Source of the DNA: Candidatus Hydrogenedentota bacterium
Lineage (GTDB): Bacteria > Hydrogenedentota > Hydrogenedentia > Hydrogenedentales > SLHB01
Direction of reading: 5' to 3'
Length of the DNA stretch: 64,000 nt
Assembly (NCBI GenBank): GCA_963674865.2
Contig: CAXXYE010000002.1
Coordinates: 32,001-96,000, forward strand
A model generated the notes under the pieces. That model ran no database searches, had not been told where the DNA came from, and saw only the letters and a list, made by a program, of their open reading frames with translations. Positions 27,921-38,703 of the stretch are shown here, in pieces (the first letter of the stretch is position 1; every line of letters begins with the position of its first letter). Both the position numbers and the translations under genes were made by a program.

Positions 27921-28291
27921 GACGGGCAACGCGGACGCATCGATATAGGATTGCCCTGCGGGGCTGGTTGAAGTGGACGCCTTTCTTGGTGATGCCTTTC
28001 TCTGTGTTGTTTGTCGAGACGCAGTTGCACGTGAAGATTCTGGCCAAAGACTATGAGATCTCGGCGGTCAAGCGGCAGATCCGGGCGTGCGAGCAGGCCA
28101 TCGAGCAACTCGAAGAAGAGGAATTGAAGCTGAAGGCCATGGATCGGATGGCGGCCAAGGCGCTTGAATTGAACCTTGTCGAGCCGGAGGTGAACCAGAT
28201 CCAAGTGGTTCGCAGGGAGGCGCCTGAGGATTCCGCGCCGATTGCGCGGCCCGACATGGCTTTGGCGAGTCTTGCGAGGCCCTTCGAGTAA
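27917..28291 (+). CDS. ftsL: Cell division protein FtsL-like
   Basis: Basic N-tail, single TM, coiled coil, A..LNL..P; canonical position between rsmH and ftsI. Confidence 0.75.
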   Translation: MRRATRTHRYRIALRGWLKWTPFLVMPFSVLFVETQLHVKILAKDYEISAVKRQIRACEQAIEQLEEEELKLKAMDRMAAKALELNLVEPEVNQIQVVRREAPEDSAPIARPDMALASLARPFE

Positions 28292-28325
28292 GAGGGGCGC
28301 GGCCGAAATGGAAGTGGGGTGAATT

Positions 28326-30455
28326 GTGACGCACGGTACCGTATCCCGCCGGCGCAGCCGTGTGGAGGCGTTTAAGCCGGCCAGCCGTGTCCATTGTGTT
28401 CGCGTCCGCTTTGTAAGATGGCTCCTCCTGTTTCTTTTTCTCATGATCGCGGGGCGTTTGGTGCAATTGCAGACGGGGCCGCACGCCAAGCTCACGGAGC
28501 AGGAAGCGCGGCACCTCGCGCATCAGGACATCCACGTGCCGCGCGGCACGATCTTCGATCGCGGCCACCGTCCTCTCGCCAAGGATCGCCAGGCGCCGTC
28601 GCTCTGGGCTGATCCGCGGCATCTCGCCAATCCGGAAGCACTTGCCGCGCAGCTCGCGGACACCCTTGGCGTAGGCCAGCGTGTTCTTGAGAATCGCTTC
28701 AACCGATGCGACTCTGAAGGCCGGAAACTGAAGTTTGTTTGGGTGAAGCGCTGGCTTACGGACGAGGAGATGGTGACGCTTGAGGAGCAGGGCGTGTTGG
28801 ACGCGCCGGGACTCTATGTGCGGCGCGAGCCACGCCGGTTCTATCCGGAGGGAGACTTGGCGGCGCACGTGCTGGGTTATGCGAATCGGGAGGGGGTAGG
28901 GTGCGACGGCGTCGAGGCGGCGTATGATCGCTATCTCAGGAGTCTCCCGGGGCGACGGGTATCGCGGACGGATGGGCGGATGGATCGCACGATGCTGTTG
29001 TCGCTGACGGTGGCCTACGAGCAGCCCGAAGGCGGGCATGATGTGTTTCTGACTATCGACGCGGGGCTTCAATATGCCTTGGAGCGGGAGCTTGACGAGG
29101 CGCTGGTGCGTTGCGAGGCCCCTCAGGCGATGGGGATGTTGATGGATCCGACGACGGGGGCGATCCTGGCGCTTGCTTGCCGGCCCGCCTATGATCCGAA
29201 TGACTACGCCGATTCCGAGGCGGAATATTTGAAGAATCGCTCGGTGATCGACGTGTTTGAGCCGGGCTCGTCGTTTAAGATTGTGACGGCGGCGGCGGCG
29301 CTCGAGCATGGGCTCGTGACGCCGGACACGATGATCGACTGCGAGGGCGGTTCGTTCAATCCTTACGGCCACCGGATCCGTGATTTCCATCCTAAAGGGG
29401 TGATCCCGTTCTCGGAGTGCTTCTCTGAGTCGAGCAATATCGCGATGATCAAGGTGGCGGCGATGCTTGGTCCCGAGCGCCTGGAGGCATGGATCCGGCG
29501 GTTTGGCTTCGGGAGCAGGACAAGCCGGGATTTTTGTCTGGAGAGTCGCGGCATCTTCCGTCGTCGCGAGCAGTGGTCGGGATTATCCATGGGCGCATTG
29601 CCCATCGGACAGGAGATCGCCGTGACGATGCCGCAGCTCGCGCGTGCGTTCAGCGTGATCGCGAATGGGGGTCTTCTTGTTGAGCCTTATCTGGTGGATC
29701 GGATTGTCAGCCGGGATGACAAGCAGACGTACCGGCGGCAGCGGATCGCGCCGGATCGCATCTTGTCGCAGGGGACGGCGGAGACGATGAAGGCCCTGTG
29801 CCATCAGGTTGTGGTGCACGGCACCGGGACACGAGCCAACATCCTCGAGTACCGTGTGGGCGGCAAGACGGGCACGGCCCAGATGGCGCGGCCGGACGGG
29901 GGCGGCTATTACTCCGACAAGTACACAACGATTTTCGCCGGTTTCGCCCCGCTCAGGGATCCGAAGATCTGCGCCGTGATTGTGGTTCAAGAACCGGCGA
30001 TCCGGTTGCATTACGGGGGGTATGTGTGCGGCCCGGTATTCCAAAAGGTTGTCCGGGAGGCGCTGATCAAGTTGAATTGTCCGGAGGACCCGGTTGTCGA
30101 TCCCGCTGAAGAGGGGGCGGACGGCGCGGAATCGCACGACGCGGATACGTTGGTGGCGCGCGTTGAGTTGGATTTCGTGGAGCCGCCCATGGAGGACGTG
30201 CTGGAATCTCTCGACGGGCTGGCGCTGGTTTCCGCTGCGCCGGAGGCCTCGGAGGGAAGTCCGGGTTTGCCGGATCTGACGGGATTGACGAAAGGGGAAG
30301 CGCGCAGGGAACTGGTGTCCCTGGGCATTCGGTGGGACGTGCAGGGAGTCGGGCGTGTGGTCGAGCAGAATCCCGCTCCCGGGACGCCGTTGAGCGATGT
30401 TGAATTGTGCCGGCTCACCTTCGGGCAGAAGGTGGGCGCAGACGAAATGTCATGA
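28326..30455 (+). CDS. ftsI: Class B penicillin-binding protein (FtsI-like) with C-terminal PASTA domain
   Basis: RGTIFDR, RFYPEG, EPGSSFK (SxxK), SSNI (SxN), GKTGTAQ; PASTA-like LPDLTGLT...VVEQNPAPG. Confidence 0.92.
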   Translation: MTHGTVSRRRSRVEAFKPASRVHCVRVRFVRWLLLFLFLMIAGRLVQLQTGPHAKLTEQEARHLAHQDIHVPRGTIFDRGHRPLAKDRQAPSLWADPRHLANPEALAAQLADTLGVGQRVLENRFNRCDSEGRKLKFVWVKRWLTDEEMVTLEEQGVLDAPGLYVRREPRRFYPEGDLAAHVLGYANREGVGCDGVEAAYDRYLRSLPGRRVSRTDGRMDRTMLLSLTVAYEQPEGGHDVFLTIDAGLQYALERELDEALVRCEAPQAMGMLMDPTTGAILALACRPAYDPNDYADSEAEYLKNRSVIDVFEPGSSFKIVTAAAALEHGLVTPDTMIDCEGGSFNPYGHRIRDFHPKGVIPFSECFSESSNIAMIKVAAMLGPERLEAWIRRFGFGSRTSRDFCLESRGIFRRREQWSGLSMGALPIGQEIAVTMPQLARAFSVIANGGLLVEPYLVDRIVSRDDKQTYRRQRIAPDRILSQGTAETMKALCHQVVVHGTGTRANILEYRVGGKTGTAQMARPDGGGYYSDKYTTIFAGFAPLRDPKICAVIVVQEPAIRLHYGGYVCGPVFQKVVREALIKLNCPEDPVVDPAEEGADGAESHDADTLVARVELDFVEPPMEDVLESLDGLALVSAAPEASEGSPGLPDLTGLTKGEARRELVSLGIRWDVQGVGRVVEQNPAPGTPLSDVELCRLTFGQKVGADEMS

Positions 30456-31915
30456 GATTAGCCGAACTGTGTCAACGCGCCGGGTGCGATGCCGCCCACG
30501 TTGCGGATGCCGCGGTAACGCGCGTGACCGCTGACTCGCGGCGCGTGGCGCAGGGCTCGGTATTTGTCGCCACGGTAGGAGAACACGCGGACGGGCATGA
30601 CTTCGCCGCAGCGGCGGTGGAGTCGGGGGCCGTCGCGGTGATGGGGGGCCGGCGTGGGCTGACAAGGTTCGCGGGGGCGCCTTACCTCTGCGTTGAGCAT
30701 CCCAGGCGCGCGCTTGGCGTCCTTGCGCATGCGTTGGCGGGCGATCCGTCGAGGTCGATGACGGTGATCGGCGTGACGGGCACGAATGGCAAGTCGAGTT
30801 CGGTGGCTCTGGCGGGCCACATCCTCGACGCATCGGGCGCACGCACGGCGGTGTTGGGCACGTTGGGCTACGCCGTCGGCAATTCGGTGACGCCGGCCCC
30901 GCTGACGACGCCGTTCGCCGAGGATCTGGCGGAGCTTTTCCGGCGTGCCCGCGAGTCGGGATATACGCACGCGGCGATGGAGGCCAGCTCGCACGCCCTC
31001 GAACAGGAGCGCGTCGCGGGCATTGACTTCGACGTGGCGCTCTTCACCAACCTGAGTCAGGATCATCTCGACTACCACGGCGACATGGAGCGCTACAAGC
31101 GCGCCAAGGTGCTGCTGTTCGAGCGTATTCACGGCCCGGGGCGATTCACGGTAGTCAACGCCGACGATCCCGCTTCCGATGCCTTCCGCGCCGCCTCGCA
31201 GGCGCCGTGCCATACGTACGGCCATGCCGGCGAGTGCCGTCCGCGGGAGGTGCGTATAGAACGGGGCCGCACCTGTTTTGGCGTGGTGACGCCTTGGGGC
31301 GAAGCGGACATCGAAACGCGGCTCCTCGGGGAACACAATGTCTACAACGTGCTCGGAGTCATCGCGGTGTGCGCGGGTCAAGGCGTGCCGCTGGATAAGA
31401 TCGCCGCGGCGCTGCGCACCTTTGAGAGCGTCCCGGGGCGTTTCGAACGCGTGGATGCAGGGCAGCCCTTCGAGGTTATTGTCGATTACGCCCATACGGA
31501 AGACGCGCTCCACAATGTCTTGCGCCTTGCCAGAAGCATTTGTGAGGGGCGGATCATTGTGGTATTCGGGTGTGGCGGCGACAGGGATACGACGAAGCGG
31601 TCCAAGATGGGGGCCGTTGCGGCGACGCTTGCCGACTTCCCGATTGTCACTTCGGATAATCCGCGAACCGAGGATCCGGAGGGGATACTTGCGGATATCG
31701 AGCCGGGGCTAGTGGAGCGCGGGAAGGTCAAGGGTCGGGACTTCGAGAGCATTCTCGACAGGGCGCAGGCGATCCGCCGCGGCATTGAGATGGCGCGTCC
31801 GGGCGATTTGGTGCTTATCGCGGGGAAGGGGCACGAGGATTATCAGATTTTGGGCACGGAGCGGATCCATTTTGACGATCGCGAAGTGGCGCGCCAAGTC
31901 TTGGAGGCGACGTAG
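30452..31915 (+). CDS. murE: UDP-MurNAc-dipeptide:meso-DAP ligase
   Basis: GVTGTNGKSS, EASSHAL, NLSQDHLDYH, DYAHT, FGCGGDRD, SDNPR (DAP-type), AGKGHE. Confidence 0.96.
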   Translation: MRLAELCQRAGCDAAHVADAAVTRVTADSRRVAQGSVFVATVGEHADGHDFAAAAVESGAVAVMGGRRGLTRFAGAPYLCVEHPRRALGVLAHALAGDPSRSMTVIGVTGTNGKSSSVALAGHILDASGARTAVLGTLGYAVGNSVTPAPLTTPFAEDLAELFRRARESGYTHAAMEASSHALEQERVAGIDFDVALFTNLSQDHLDYHGDMERYKRAKVLLFERIHGPGRFTVVNADDPASDAFRAASQAPCHTYGHAGECRPREVRIERGRTCFGVVTPWGEADIETRLLGEHNVYNVLGVIAVCAGQGVPLDKIAAALRTFESVPGRFERVDAGQPFEVIVDYAHTEDALHNVLRLARSICEGRIIVVFGCGGDRDTTKRSKMGAVAATLADFPIVTSDNPRTEDPEGILADIEPGLVERGKVKGRDFESILDRAQAIRRGIEMARPGDLVLIAGKGHEDYQILGTERIHFDDREVARQVLEAT

Positions 31916-33309
31916 TGCAGATGGGTTGGGCGTGGACACTCGACGAACTGGCCGCCGCCATAGGCGCTGAGCCGGGCGAGGCCCGCGGAGCGTTCGGCGG
32001 CGTGTCGACGGACACGCGGACAATTCGTGCGGGCGATGTGTTTTTTGCGCTTCGGGGCGAGCATTTCGACGGCGAGCGGTTCGTGGGAGCCGCTTTTGAA
32101 AAGGGCGCGGCGGCGGCGGTAGTCACGCAAGAGCACGCGGGGGGCGCGTGCCTGGCGGTGAAGAATCCGCTGGAAGCGTTGCAGCGCTTCGCGGCATATC
32201 ATCGAGGACGCTATTCACTCCCGCTGGTTGTTGTGACGGGGTCCTGCGGCAAGACGTCCGCCAAGGATTTCATCGCGGCCGTAGTGGGCTCGCGCTGTCC
32301 CGTGGTCAAGACGCAGGGCAACCTGAACAACGAGATCGGCGCCCCGCTGTCGTTGTTGCAGATTCGGCCGGAGACGGCGTTTGCGGTGATCGAGTTGGGG
32401 GCCAATCATCCGGGGGAGATCGCGTACCTTTGCACGCTCGCGCGCCCCACGGAGGCGGCCATCACCATGATTGCGCCGGCGCATCTCGAGGGATTCGGCT
32501 CCATCGAAGCGGTCGCTGCGGCGAAGGCGGAGGTGGTTGAGGCGCTGCCCGCGGCGGGAACGTTCTACGTGAACGCGGATGACGCGCGGTGCGTGGAGAT
32601 TGCGGAGAGGTTTTCGGGGGAGAAGGTCACTTTTGGGCAGTCCGGCGATGTGCGGCTCAAGGATTGCTCGTTTGACGGGTCGGGTGAGATGGCACTTGAC
32701 GTGGAGCCGGTCGGCACGCTGCGTTTGCCGTTGTTCTGTCGTGCGCACGCTGTCAATGTGCTCCTTGCGGTCGCGGTCGGCCTTCGGCACGGCGTCGAGG
32801 AGTTCGAGGGTCCCCTACGGGAAGCCTCCACGGCGAGCGCGCGGTTCAGGTTGTTCACCGCAGGCGGGATTGAGGTCATCGACGATACGTACAACGCCAA
32901 TCCCGCGAGCATGGCCGCGGCCCTGCGGGCTCTAGTTGAACGCCCGGGGAATGGCGCCCGGATCGCCGCCGTGGGCGAGATGTTGGAACTCGGCGACGCG
33001 GCCGCGGATCTACACCGTGAGGTGGGGGCGCTGGCCGGCGAGTTGGGCGTGGATGTCCTGTTTGCGAGGGGGCCTCACGCGTGTGATACGATTGACGCCG
33101 CTCGATCCTGCCGCGTGCCCCACGCCGAAGTGATTGAAGACCACCATGCCATGGCCGAGGCCGTCCATCATATTGCGCGTCCCGGAGATACGTTGCTTGT
33201 GAAGGGGTCGCGCGGGATGCGGATGGAGCGGGTCATCGAAGCGCTCCAAGAGATTATCGGTTCGCAGAAGGCGGATGCAGGTTCCGATGAACCTGGCCGC
33301 CAGGAATAG
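31915..33309 (+). CDS. murF: UDP-MurNAc-tripeptide:D-Ala-D-Ala ligase
   Basis: TGSCGKTS, NLNNEIG, ELGANHPGEI, DDTYNANP, EMLELG, KGSRGM. Confidence 0.96.
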   Translation: MQMGWAWTLDELAAAIGAEPGEARGAFGGVSTDTRTIRAGDVFFALRGEHFDGERFVGAAFEKGAAAAVVTQEHAGGACLAVKNPLEALQRFAAYHRGRYSLPLVVVTGSCGKTSAKDFIAAVVGSRCPVVKTQGNLNNEIGAPLSLLQIRPETAFAVIELGANHPGEIAYLCTLARPTEAAITMIAPAHLEGFGSIEAVAAAKAEVVEALPAAGTFYVNADDARCVEIAERFSGEKVTFGQSGDVRLKDCSFDGSGEMALDVEPVGTLRLPLFCRAHAVNVLLAVAVGLRHGVEEFEGPLREASTASARFRLFTAGGIEVIDDTYNANPASMAAALRALVERPGNGARIAAVGEMLELGDAAADLHREVGALAGELGVDVLFARGPHACDTIDAARSCRVPHAEVIEDHHAMAEAVHHIARPGDTLLVKGSRGMRMERVIEALQEIIGSQKADAGSDEPGRQE

Positions 33310-33312
33310 TGA

Positions 33313-34764
33313 ATGTTTTACTATCTTGCCCAGATTCTCAGGCCTCATTTGGGGGCATTCAACGTTTTCACCTACAACACGGTGCGTGCAGGGGGGGCGA
33401 TATTCACGGCGTTCGCGCTTTCGATCCTGTTCGGGCCGATGATCATCCGTTGGCTTCGAGCGCTCAAGATCGGCCAGTACATTCGCAAGGAGCACGTGGG
33501 CGACTTGCACGCGCTGCACAAGGGCAAGGCAGGGACGCCGACGATGGGGGGCAGCATGATTGTGCTCACCTGTCTCGCGACGCTGTTGTTGTGGAGTCGC
33601 CCCACGCGTCTGTTGGTTGTGGCCGTTGCCGTGTTTGTGGCGTTGGGCGCCGTGGGTTTCTTGGATGACTACATCAAGCTCCGGCGCAAGCACAATCACG
33701 GTTTAAGCGCCCAAGCGAAGTTTACCGGCCAGATCCTCGTGGGGCTGGCGCTCGGCGTCTATCTGTACTTGAGTCCCGTGACGCTGGCGCGTCCGGAGTT
33801 GACGTACGACGACGTACGCGATTGGGGATGTCTTGTTCAGCGTCTCGATGATGAGGCCCTTCGGCGGCCTTTGGGGGCGGCCTGGCCTGGTCTCAGTGAT
33901 GTGCCGCGCGGGGCCGTTCCGAATGAGAGGATGAAGACGCGGATCCTCAACGGGCTGAACCGACTGATCTCCGAAGGGCGGGTGCACGCTTCTGAAGGTG
34001 ATACGAGTCACGCCGGGCTCAGTCCGGAAGCACGTCGATTGCTTGAGGCCGGGGCCTACGCGCGAGGTGGGCCGGCCGCCGCAGAGCTCAACCGACTTCT
34101 ACTGGCGGATATGTTTCCCGATGCTTTCCACCGGCCCACGGAAGGGCTCCACACCAAGCTGGAGATTCCGGGCCTTAAGCAAGTCTTCATCCCTCTGGGG
34201 CTGTTCTACATCCTTTTCGTGGTGCTTGTCATCGTGGCGTCATCGAACGCGGTGAATCTCACCGACGGGCTCGACGGCCTGGCTATCGGGGCGTCCACCA
34301 TATCGATCTTTGCGTATACGGGCATTGCCTACGTCGTGAGCCGGGCGGACTGGTCCTCGTATCTTTTCCTGATATACGTTCCGGAGGCCAGCGAGCTTAC
34401 CGTATTCGGCGCAGCTATGCTGGGCGGGGGACTTGGATTTCTTTGGTTCAATTCACACCCCGCTGAGGTGTTTATGGGCGACACCGGTTCGCTCGCGCTC
34501 GGCGGCGCGCTCGGCACGATGGCCATTCTCACGAAGCAGGAGCTGCTGCTGCTGCTTGTGGGTGGGTTATTCGTCGTGGAGGCGGCGAGCGTGATCATTC
34601 AGGTGGTCTCCTTCAAGCTGCGCGGCAAGCGGGTTTTTAAGATGGCTCCGATTCACCATCATTTCGAACTCATGGGATGGTCGGAATCGAAAGTCGTTAT
34701 CCGCTTCTGGATCATCGCGGTGCTCTTTGCGCTGTTGAGTCTTGCGGCGCTGAAGTTGAGGTAA
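33313..34764 (+). CDS. mraY: Phospho-MurNAc-pentapeptide transferase with a large loop insertion
   Basis: [44 protein letters not shown]; 483 aa, longer than typical MraY. Confidence 0.96.
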   Translation: MFYYLAQILRPHLGAFNVFTYNTVRAGGAIFTAFALSILFGPMIIRWLRALKIGQYIRKEHVGDLHALHKGKAGTPTMGGSMIVLTCLATLLLWSRPTRLLVVAVAVFVALGAVGFLDDYIKLRRKHNHGLSAQAKFTGQILVGLALGVYLYLSPVTLARPELTYDDVRDWGCLVQRLDDEALRRPLGAAWPGLSDVPRGAVPNERMKTRILNGLNRLISEGRVHASEGDTSHAGLSPEARRLLEAGAYARGGPAAAELNRLLLADMFPDAFHRPTEGLHTKLEIPGLKQVFIPLGLFYILFVVLVIVASSNAVNLTDGLDGLAIGASTISIFAYTGIAYVVSRADWSSYLFLIYVPEASELTVFGAAMLGGGLGFLWFNSHPAEVFMGDTGSLALGGALGTMAILTKQELLLLLVGGLFVVEAASVIIQVVSFKLRGKRVFKMAPIHHHFELMGWSESKVVIRFWIIAVLFALLSLAALKLR

Positions 34765-34765
34765 G

Positions 34766-36142
34766 GTGATGGACGTCCGCGGCAAGAATGTCACCGTAGT
34801 CGGCCTGGGCAGGACAGCCGTCGCGCTTGCGGCGCTGCTCCAGCGCCAGGGGGCTCGGCCGTTTGTCACGGATCACGCGGACACGGCGGCGATGGGGGAT
34901 TACCGGAAATCGCTCGATGAACTGGGCGTGCCGTGTGAATGCGGCGGGCATAGCGCGCGGGCCTTTGACGAAGCGGACATGATCATCCCGAGTCCGGGAG
35001 TGCCGCCGAATATCGCTCCCATTCGCGGGGCGCGGGAGGCGGGTGTTCGCGTGCTGGGCGAGATGGAGTTCGCCTGGAGATACTGCCGTTCGCGGGTGCT
35101 CGCGGTGACGGGCACGAATGGCAAGACGACCACGACGGAACTGCTGACGAAGATGATTGAGCACACTGGGGGAGAGGTCGTACTGGCCGGGAATAACGCG
35201 TTTCCCTTTTCCGCCGCAGTGCTTTTGGAGCCGGCGCCGGAGTTCGTCGTACTCGAAGTGAGCAGCTACCAATTGGAATTGGCCGATACGTTTCGTCCGT
35301 GGATGGCCGTGGTTCTGAACGTGACGCCCGACCACCTGGAACGCCACGGCGGGGCTGAGAACTACGCTGCCGTGAAGGCCCGGATCTACGCGCGGCAGGG
35401 CGCGGGCGACGTGGCCGTCGTGAACCAGGACGAGCCCTGGACGCGCGCCATGCCCATCCCCGAGGGGGCCGCCGTCTGGACCTTCAGCTTGGAGCAAGCT
35501 CAGTCCAACGGGCTGTGGCTTGACGGCGAGGCGATCCGGCAGGGCGAGGAGACTGTGGCGGCGCTGTCCGACATGGCGCTTCGCGGGCGACACAACATTC
35601 AGAATGTGCTGGCAGGACTCACCATGATGCGGGCGGGTGGTTTTGACTGGGGCAAGACTTTGGCGGGACTCAGCGCGTTCCGAGGCGTCGAGCACCGGAT
35701 AGAGCACGTGGCAACCATTGCGGAGGTGGCGTTCTACAACGATTCGAAGGCCACCAATATCGACAGCCTGAAAGTGGCCTTGGAGAGTTTCGCGTGCCCG
35801 GTTGTCCTCATCGCGGGCGGCCGGGGCAAAGGAGCTGATTACCGCGTGCTGCGCGACCTCGTCAAGGAGCGTGTGAGGTCGCTTGTGGTGATGGGAGAGG
35901 ACGCCGATCTCTTGCAGGCGGCGTTTGGCGATTTGGCGCCCACCAGTGATGCGGCCGATATGGATGAGGCTGTGGCGCTTGCCGCATCCGGCGCCCTCCC
36001 GGGAGACGCCGTGCTGCTATCACCTGCGTGCGCGAGTTTCGATATGTACAAGAACTTCGAGGATCGGGGCAGGGCTTTCAAAGAGGCCGTGCGGGCCTAC
36101 GGGGCGCGCGCTGAGGCGGGCCGCAGCCATTCGAGGACGTGA
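34766..36142 (+). CDS. murD: UDP-MurNAc-L-Ala:D-Glu ligase
   Basis: SPGVP, TGTNGKTTT, EVSSYQL, PDHLERH, NDSKATN, LSPACASFD. Confidence 0.96.
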   Translation: MMDVRGKNVTVVGLGRTAVALAALLQRQGARPFVTDHADTAAMGDYRKSLDELGVPCECGGHSARAFDEADMIIPSPGVPPNIAPIRGAREAGVRVLGEMEFAWRYCRSRVLAVTGTNGKTTTTELLTKMIEHTGGEVVLAGNNAFPFSAAVLLEPAPEFVVLEVSSYQLELADTFRPWMAVVLNVTPDHLERHGGAENYAAVKARIYARQGAGDVAVVNQDEPWTRAMPIPEGAAVWTFSLEQAQSNGLWLDGEAIRQGEETVAALSDMALRGRHNIQNVLAGLTMMRAGGFDWGKTLAGLSAFRGVEHRIEHVATIAEVAFYNDSKATNIDSLKVALESFACPVVLIAGGRGKGADYRVLRDLVKERVRSLVVMGEDADLLQAAFGDLAPTSDAADMDEAVALAASGALPGDAVLLSPACASFDMYKNFEDRGRAFKEAVRAYGARAEAGRSHSRT

Positions 36143-36145
36143 GCT

Positions 36146-37258
36146 ATGAAGCGTGAGACAAACCTGGTACCTATCACCGTTTTCGCGATGCTTTCGATTG
36201 GCGTGCTTATGGTTTACAGCGCCAGCGCGGTTCGCCCGGGGGCCTCGCCCGAATTTCAGAAGCACATGATTTACATTGCGCTTGGCCTCGCGGTGATGGC
36301 CGTGGCGTCGCGGTTCGACTACCACCGTCTGCGTGATCCGGGCGTGTACCGCGGGATCGTATTCCTGTCTCTTTGCCTGCTCGTGCTTGTTCTTGTTCCC
36401 GGGATCGGGCGGCGTGTCAACGGCGGCATGCGCTGGATCCGGATCGCGGGTTTCTCATTCCAGCCGTCCGAGTTCGCCAAGGTGGCGCTTATTCTGCTGT
36501 TAGCCGTGAAGCTCTCGGCGGGCCAGGAGCGAATCACGAGTTTCTGGCGCGGCGTTTTTCCCACGATGCTAATCGCGTTCCTTTTTGCGGGGCTGATTGT
36601 GTTGGAGCGCGACCTGGGCATGCCGGTAGTCCTGATCGGCGTCACGCTCATGATGCTGCTCATGAGTGGGGCACGATGGGGCCACGTGGTCGGCAGCGTA
36701 GTGCCGTGCGTGGCCGCAGTGGCGGCCCTTACGGTGATCAGTCCGTATCGCGTTCGGCGATGCCTTGTCTTCCTTAATCCGTGGCCTTACGAGGACGGCG
36801 ATGCTTGGAATTTGGTTCAATCGCTCGCCGCCTTTGCCCGAGGCGCCATCTGGGGGCAAGGCCCTGGCGCGAGTGAGCAGAAGTTGTTCTATCTTCCCGC
36901 CGCCGATACGGACTTCATCTTTGCCATTTGGGGCGAGGATACGGGATTGGTCGGTACACTGGTGATGGTGGGCCTGTTTGTCACCTTCCTGGCCGTGGCG
37001 CTTCGGATTGCGCTTCATGCGCCGGACTTGTTCGGCACGTTGCTCGCCGGGGGAATTGCCTCGGTTATCGCGCTTCAGGCGGCCTTGAATATGGCGGTGA
37101 CGACGGGGCTGGTGCCGACGAAAGGCCTGCCGCTTCCTTTCGTGAGCTACGGCGGAAGCTCGCTTCTTATATCGTTGGCGTTGGTGGGCGTGCTACGCAA
37201 TATCGGGCTTCAGTCGTGCGAGGCGGTTCCGGAAGGGAAAGTGGCTTTGGTGCGGTGA
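36146..37258 (+). CDS. ftsW: SEDS peptidoglycan polymerase FtsW
   Basis: MVYSAS, RWI, QPSEFAK, DLG, TDFIFA, PTKGLPLPFVSYGGSS. Confidence 0.94.
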   Translation: MKRETNLVPITVFAMLSIGVLMVYSASAVRPGASPEFQKHMIYIALGLAVMAVASRFDYHRLRDPGVYRGIVFLSLCLLVLVLVPGIGRRVNGGMRWIRIAGFSFQPSEFAKVALILLLAVKLSAGQERITSFWRGVFPTMLIAFLFAGLIVLERDLGMPVVLIGVTLMMLLMSGARWGHVVGSVVPCVAAVAALTVISPYRVRRCLVFLNPWPYEDGDAWNLVQSLAAFARGAIWGQGPGASEQKLFYLPAADTDFIFAIWGEDTGLVGTLVMVGLFVTFLAVALRIALHAPDLFGTLLAGGIASVIALQAALNMAVTTGLVPTKGLPLPFVSYGGSSLLISLALVGVLRNIGLQSCEAVPEGKVALVR

Positions 37259-37367
37259 AAGCGTGTTTCCGGTTTTTCGAGTGTAGCTCTCGTTATCTTA
37301 CCTGCCCTTTCTCACTTGCGTGTAGTATCATCAGGGCGGACTCGCTGTTTTTCGGAGTGGGTGTGAC

Positions 37368-38456
37368 ATGCGGATGATTGTGACAGGTGGCGGCACGGGG
37401 GGGCATACGTCCCCGGCCGTGGCTATCATCGAGGAGCTTCAGAAGCGCGATGCCCGCCTCGACCTTCGCTGGGTCGGGCGGAAGGGGAGCATCGAGGAGC
37501 GCGTAAGCGCGTCCCTGGCTATTCCTTTCCGCTCCTTGCCGGTGGAGGGGTGGCCGCGCGAGCGCAACCTGCGTAAGTTGTGGGTGGGAGCGAAGATGGC
37601 ATACAGCATCGCCTTCGGCTCCCTGCTCGTCTGGAAGTTCCGGCCCCAGCTTGTCCTTGGCGTGGGTGGGTACGTGTCGGTTCCGTTGACATGGGCGGCG
37701 CAGCGGATGGGCGTTCCGACGGTGCTGCATGAGCAGAACAAGCGGCTCGGAATGGCAAACCGCTTGCTGGCCCAGCGGGCGAGTAGGTTGCTGTTGAGCT
37801 ATCCGGACACCCTCGGGGATTATCCCGCGGAGAAGGCGCGCGTTGTGGGCAATCCCGTTCGCGCGGGTTTTCTGAAGCTGCCAGATCAGGCCGACGCAAA
37901 GCGGGCCTTTGATCTGGACCCCGAGCTGCCGGTAGTGCTGATGACGGGGGGAAGTCAAGGGGCGCGCACGCTCAACACGGCCATGGCGGAGGCCCTGCCC
38001 AAGTTTGCTGCGCAAGAGGTCCAAGTTCTCTGGGCGGCGGGGAATGCGGGGGTGACGGCCGCCCGGAGCGCCGCTGAGTCGGCGCCGGTGGCGGTGCGTG
38101 TTTTCAGCTACATCGACGAGATGCCCGCGGCCTGCGCGGCGGCGGATCTGGTGGTGGGCCGGGCGGGGGCCTCGAGTACGGCGGAACTCGCCGTGGCGCG
38201 GAAGCCGGCTATTCTTGTGCCGTATCCTTTCGCTACGGATAATCACCAGCTCGATAACGCGCGTGCCTTTGAGGAAGCGGGTGCGGCTATCCTTGTGCCG
38301 GATGACGAGTGCACGGGGGAGCGGCTGCTGCAAACGATCCGCGGCCTCATAAACGAGCCGGCCCGGTTAGATGCAATGCGCCGCGCGGCCCCGTCAATGG
38401 GCCATCCCGGCAGCGTGGAGCTCATTGCCGAAGAGATTCTATCTCTGGTTTTCTAG
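37368..38456 (+). CDS. murG: Lipid I GlcNAc transferase
   Basis: GGGTGGH, GGYVS, HEQN, GNPVR, GGSQGA, RAGASS, HQLDNA. Confidence 0.96.
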   Translation: MRMIVTGGGTGGHTSPAVAIIEELQKRDARLDLRWVGRKGSIEERVSASLAIPFRSLPVEGWPRERNLRKLWVGAKMAYSIAFGSLLVWKFRPQLVLGVGGYVSVPLTWAAQRMGVPTVLHEQNKRLGMANRLLAQRASRLLLSYPDTLGDYPAEKARVVGNPVRAGFLKLPDQADAKRAFDLDPELPVVLMTGGSQGARTLNTAMAEALPKFAAQEVQVLWAAGNAGVTAARSAAESAPVAVRVFSYIDEMPAACAAADLVVGRAGASSTAELAVARKPAILVPYPFATDNHQLDNARAFEEAGAAILVPDDECTGERLLQTIRGLINEPARLDAMRRAAPSMGHPGSVELIAEEILSLVF

Positions 38457-38653
38457 GATCTGTCTAAGAGGCCTGATGTTTCCTGGTTTTTTTGCGCCCC
38501 GCCTTTCCGCCCTCAACGCACTTTCGGACGCCACACTCCCGCCATTTGTAACGTCTGTGCTTTGAGCGCCTTACCGATAGTCTGCGCTTGTGTAGACACG
38601 CTTGGGGAGCATCGCGGGACGGGGGACTTCCACTCTTTGGCCCGTGGCCGCAC

Positions 38654-38703
38654 TTGACAAATCAAAACGTGTATTTTAAAATACTTTTTGAAACTAGTTT
38701 TTG
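38654..38703 (+). promoter_or_regulatory. Sigma70 promoter overlapped by a probable TetR operator
   Basis: TTGACA(38654)-N17-TAAAAT(38677); perfect palindrome GTATTTTAAAATAC at 38671-38684; flanking TCAAAAC and TTGAAACTAGTTTTTGA elements. Confidence 0.75.
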
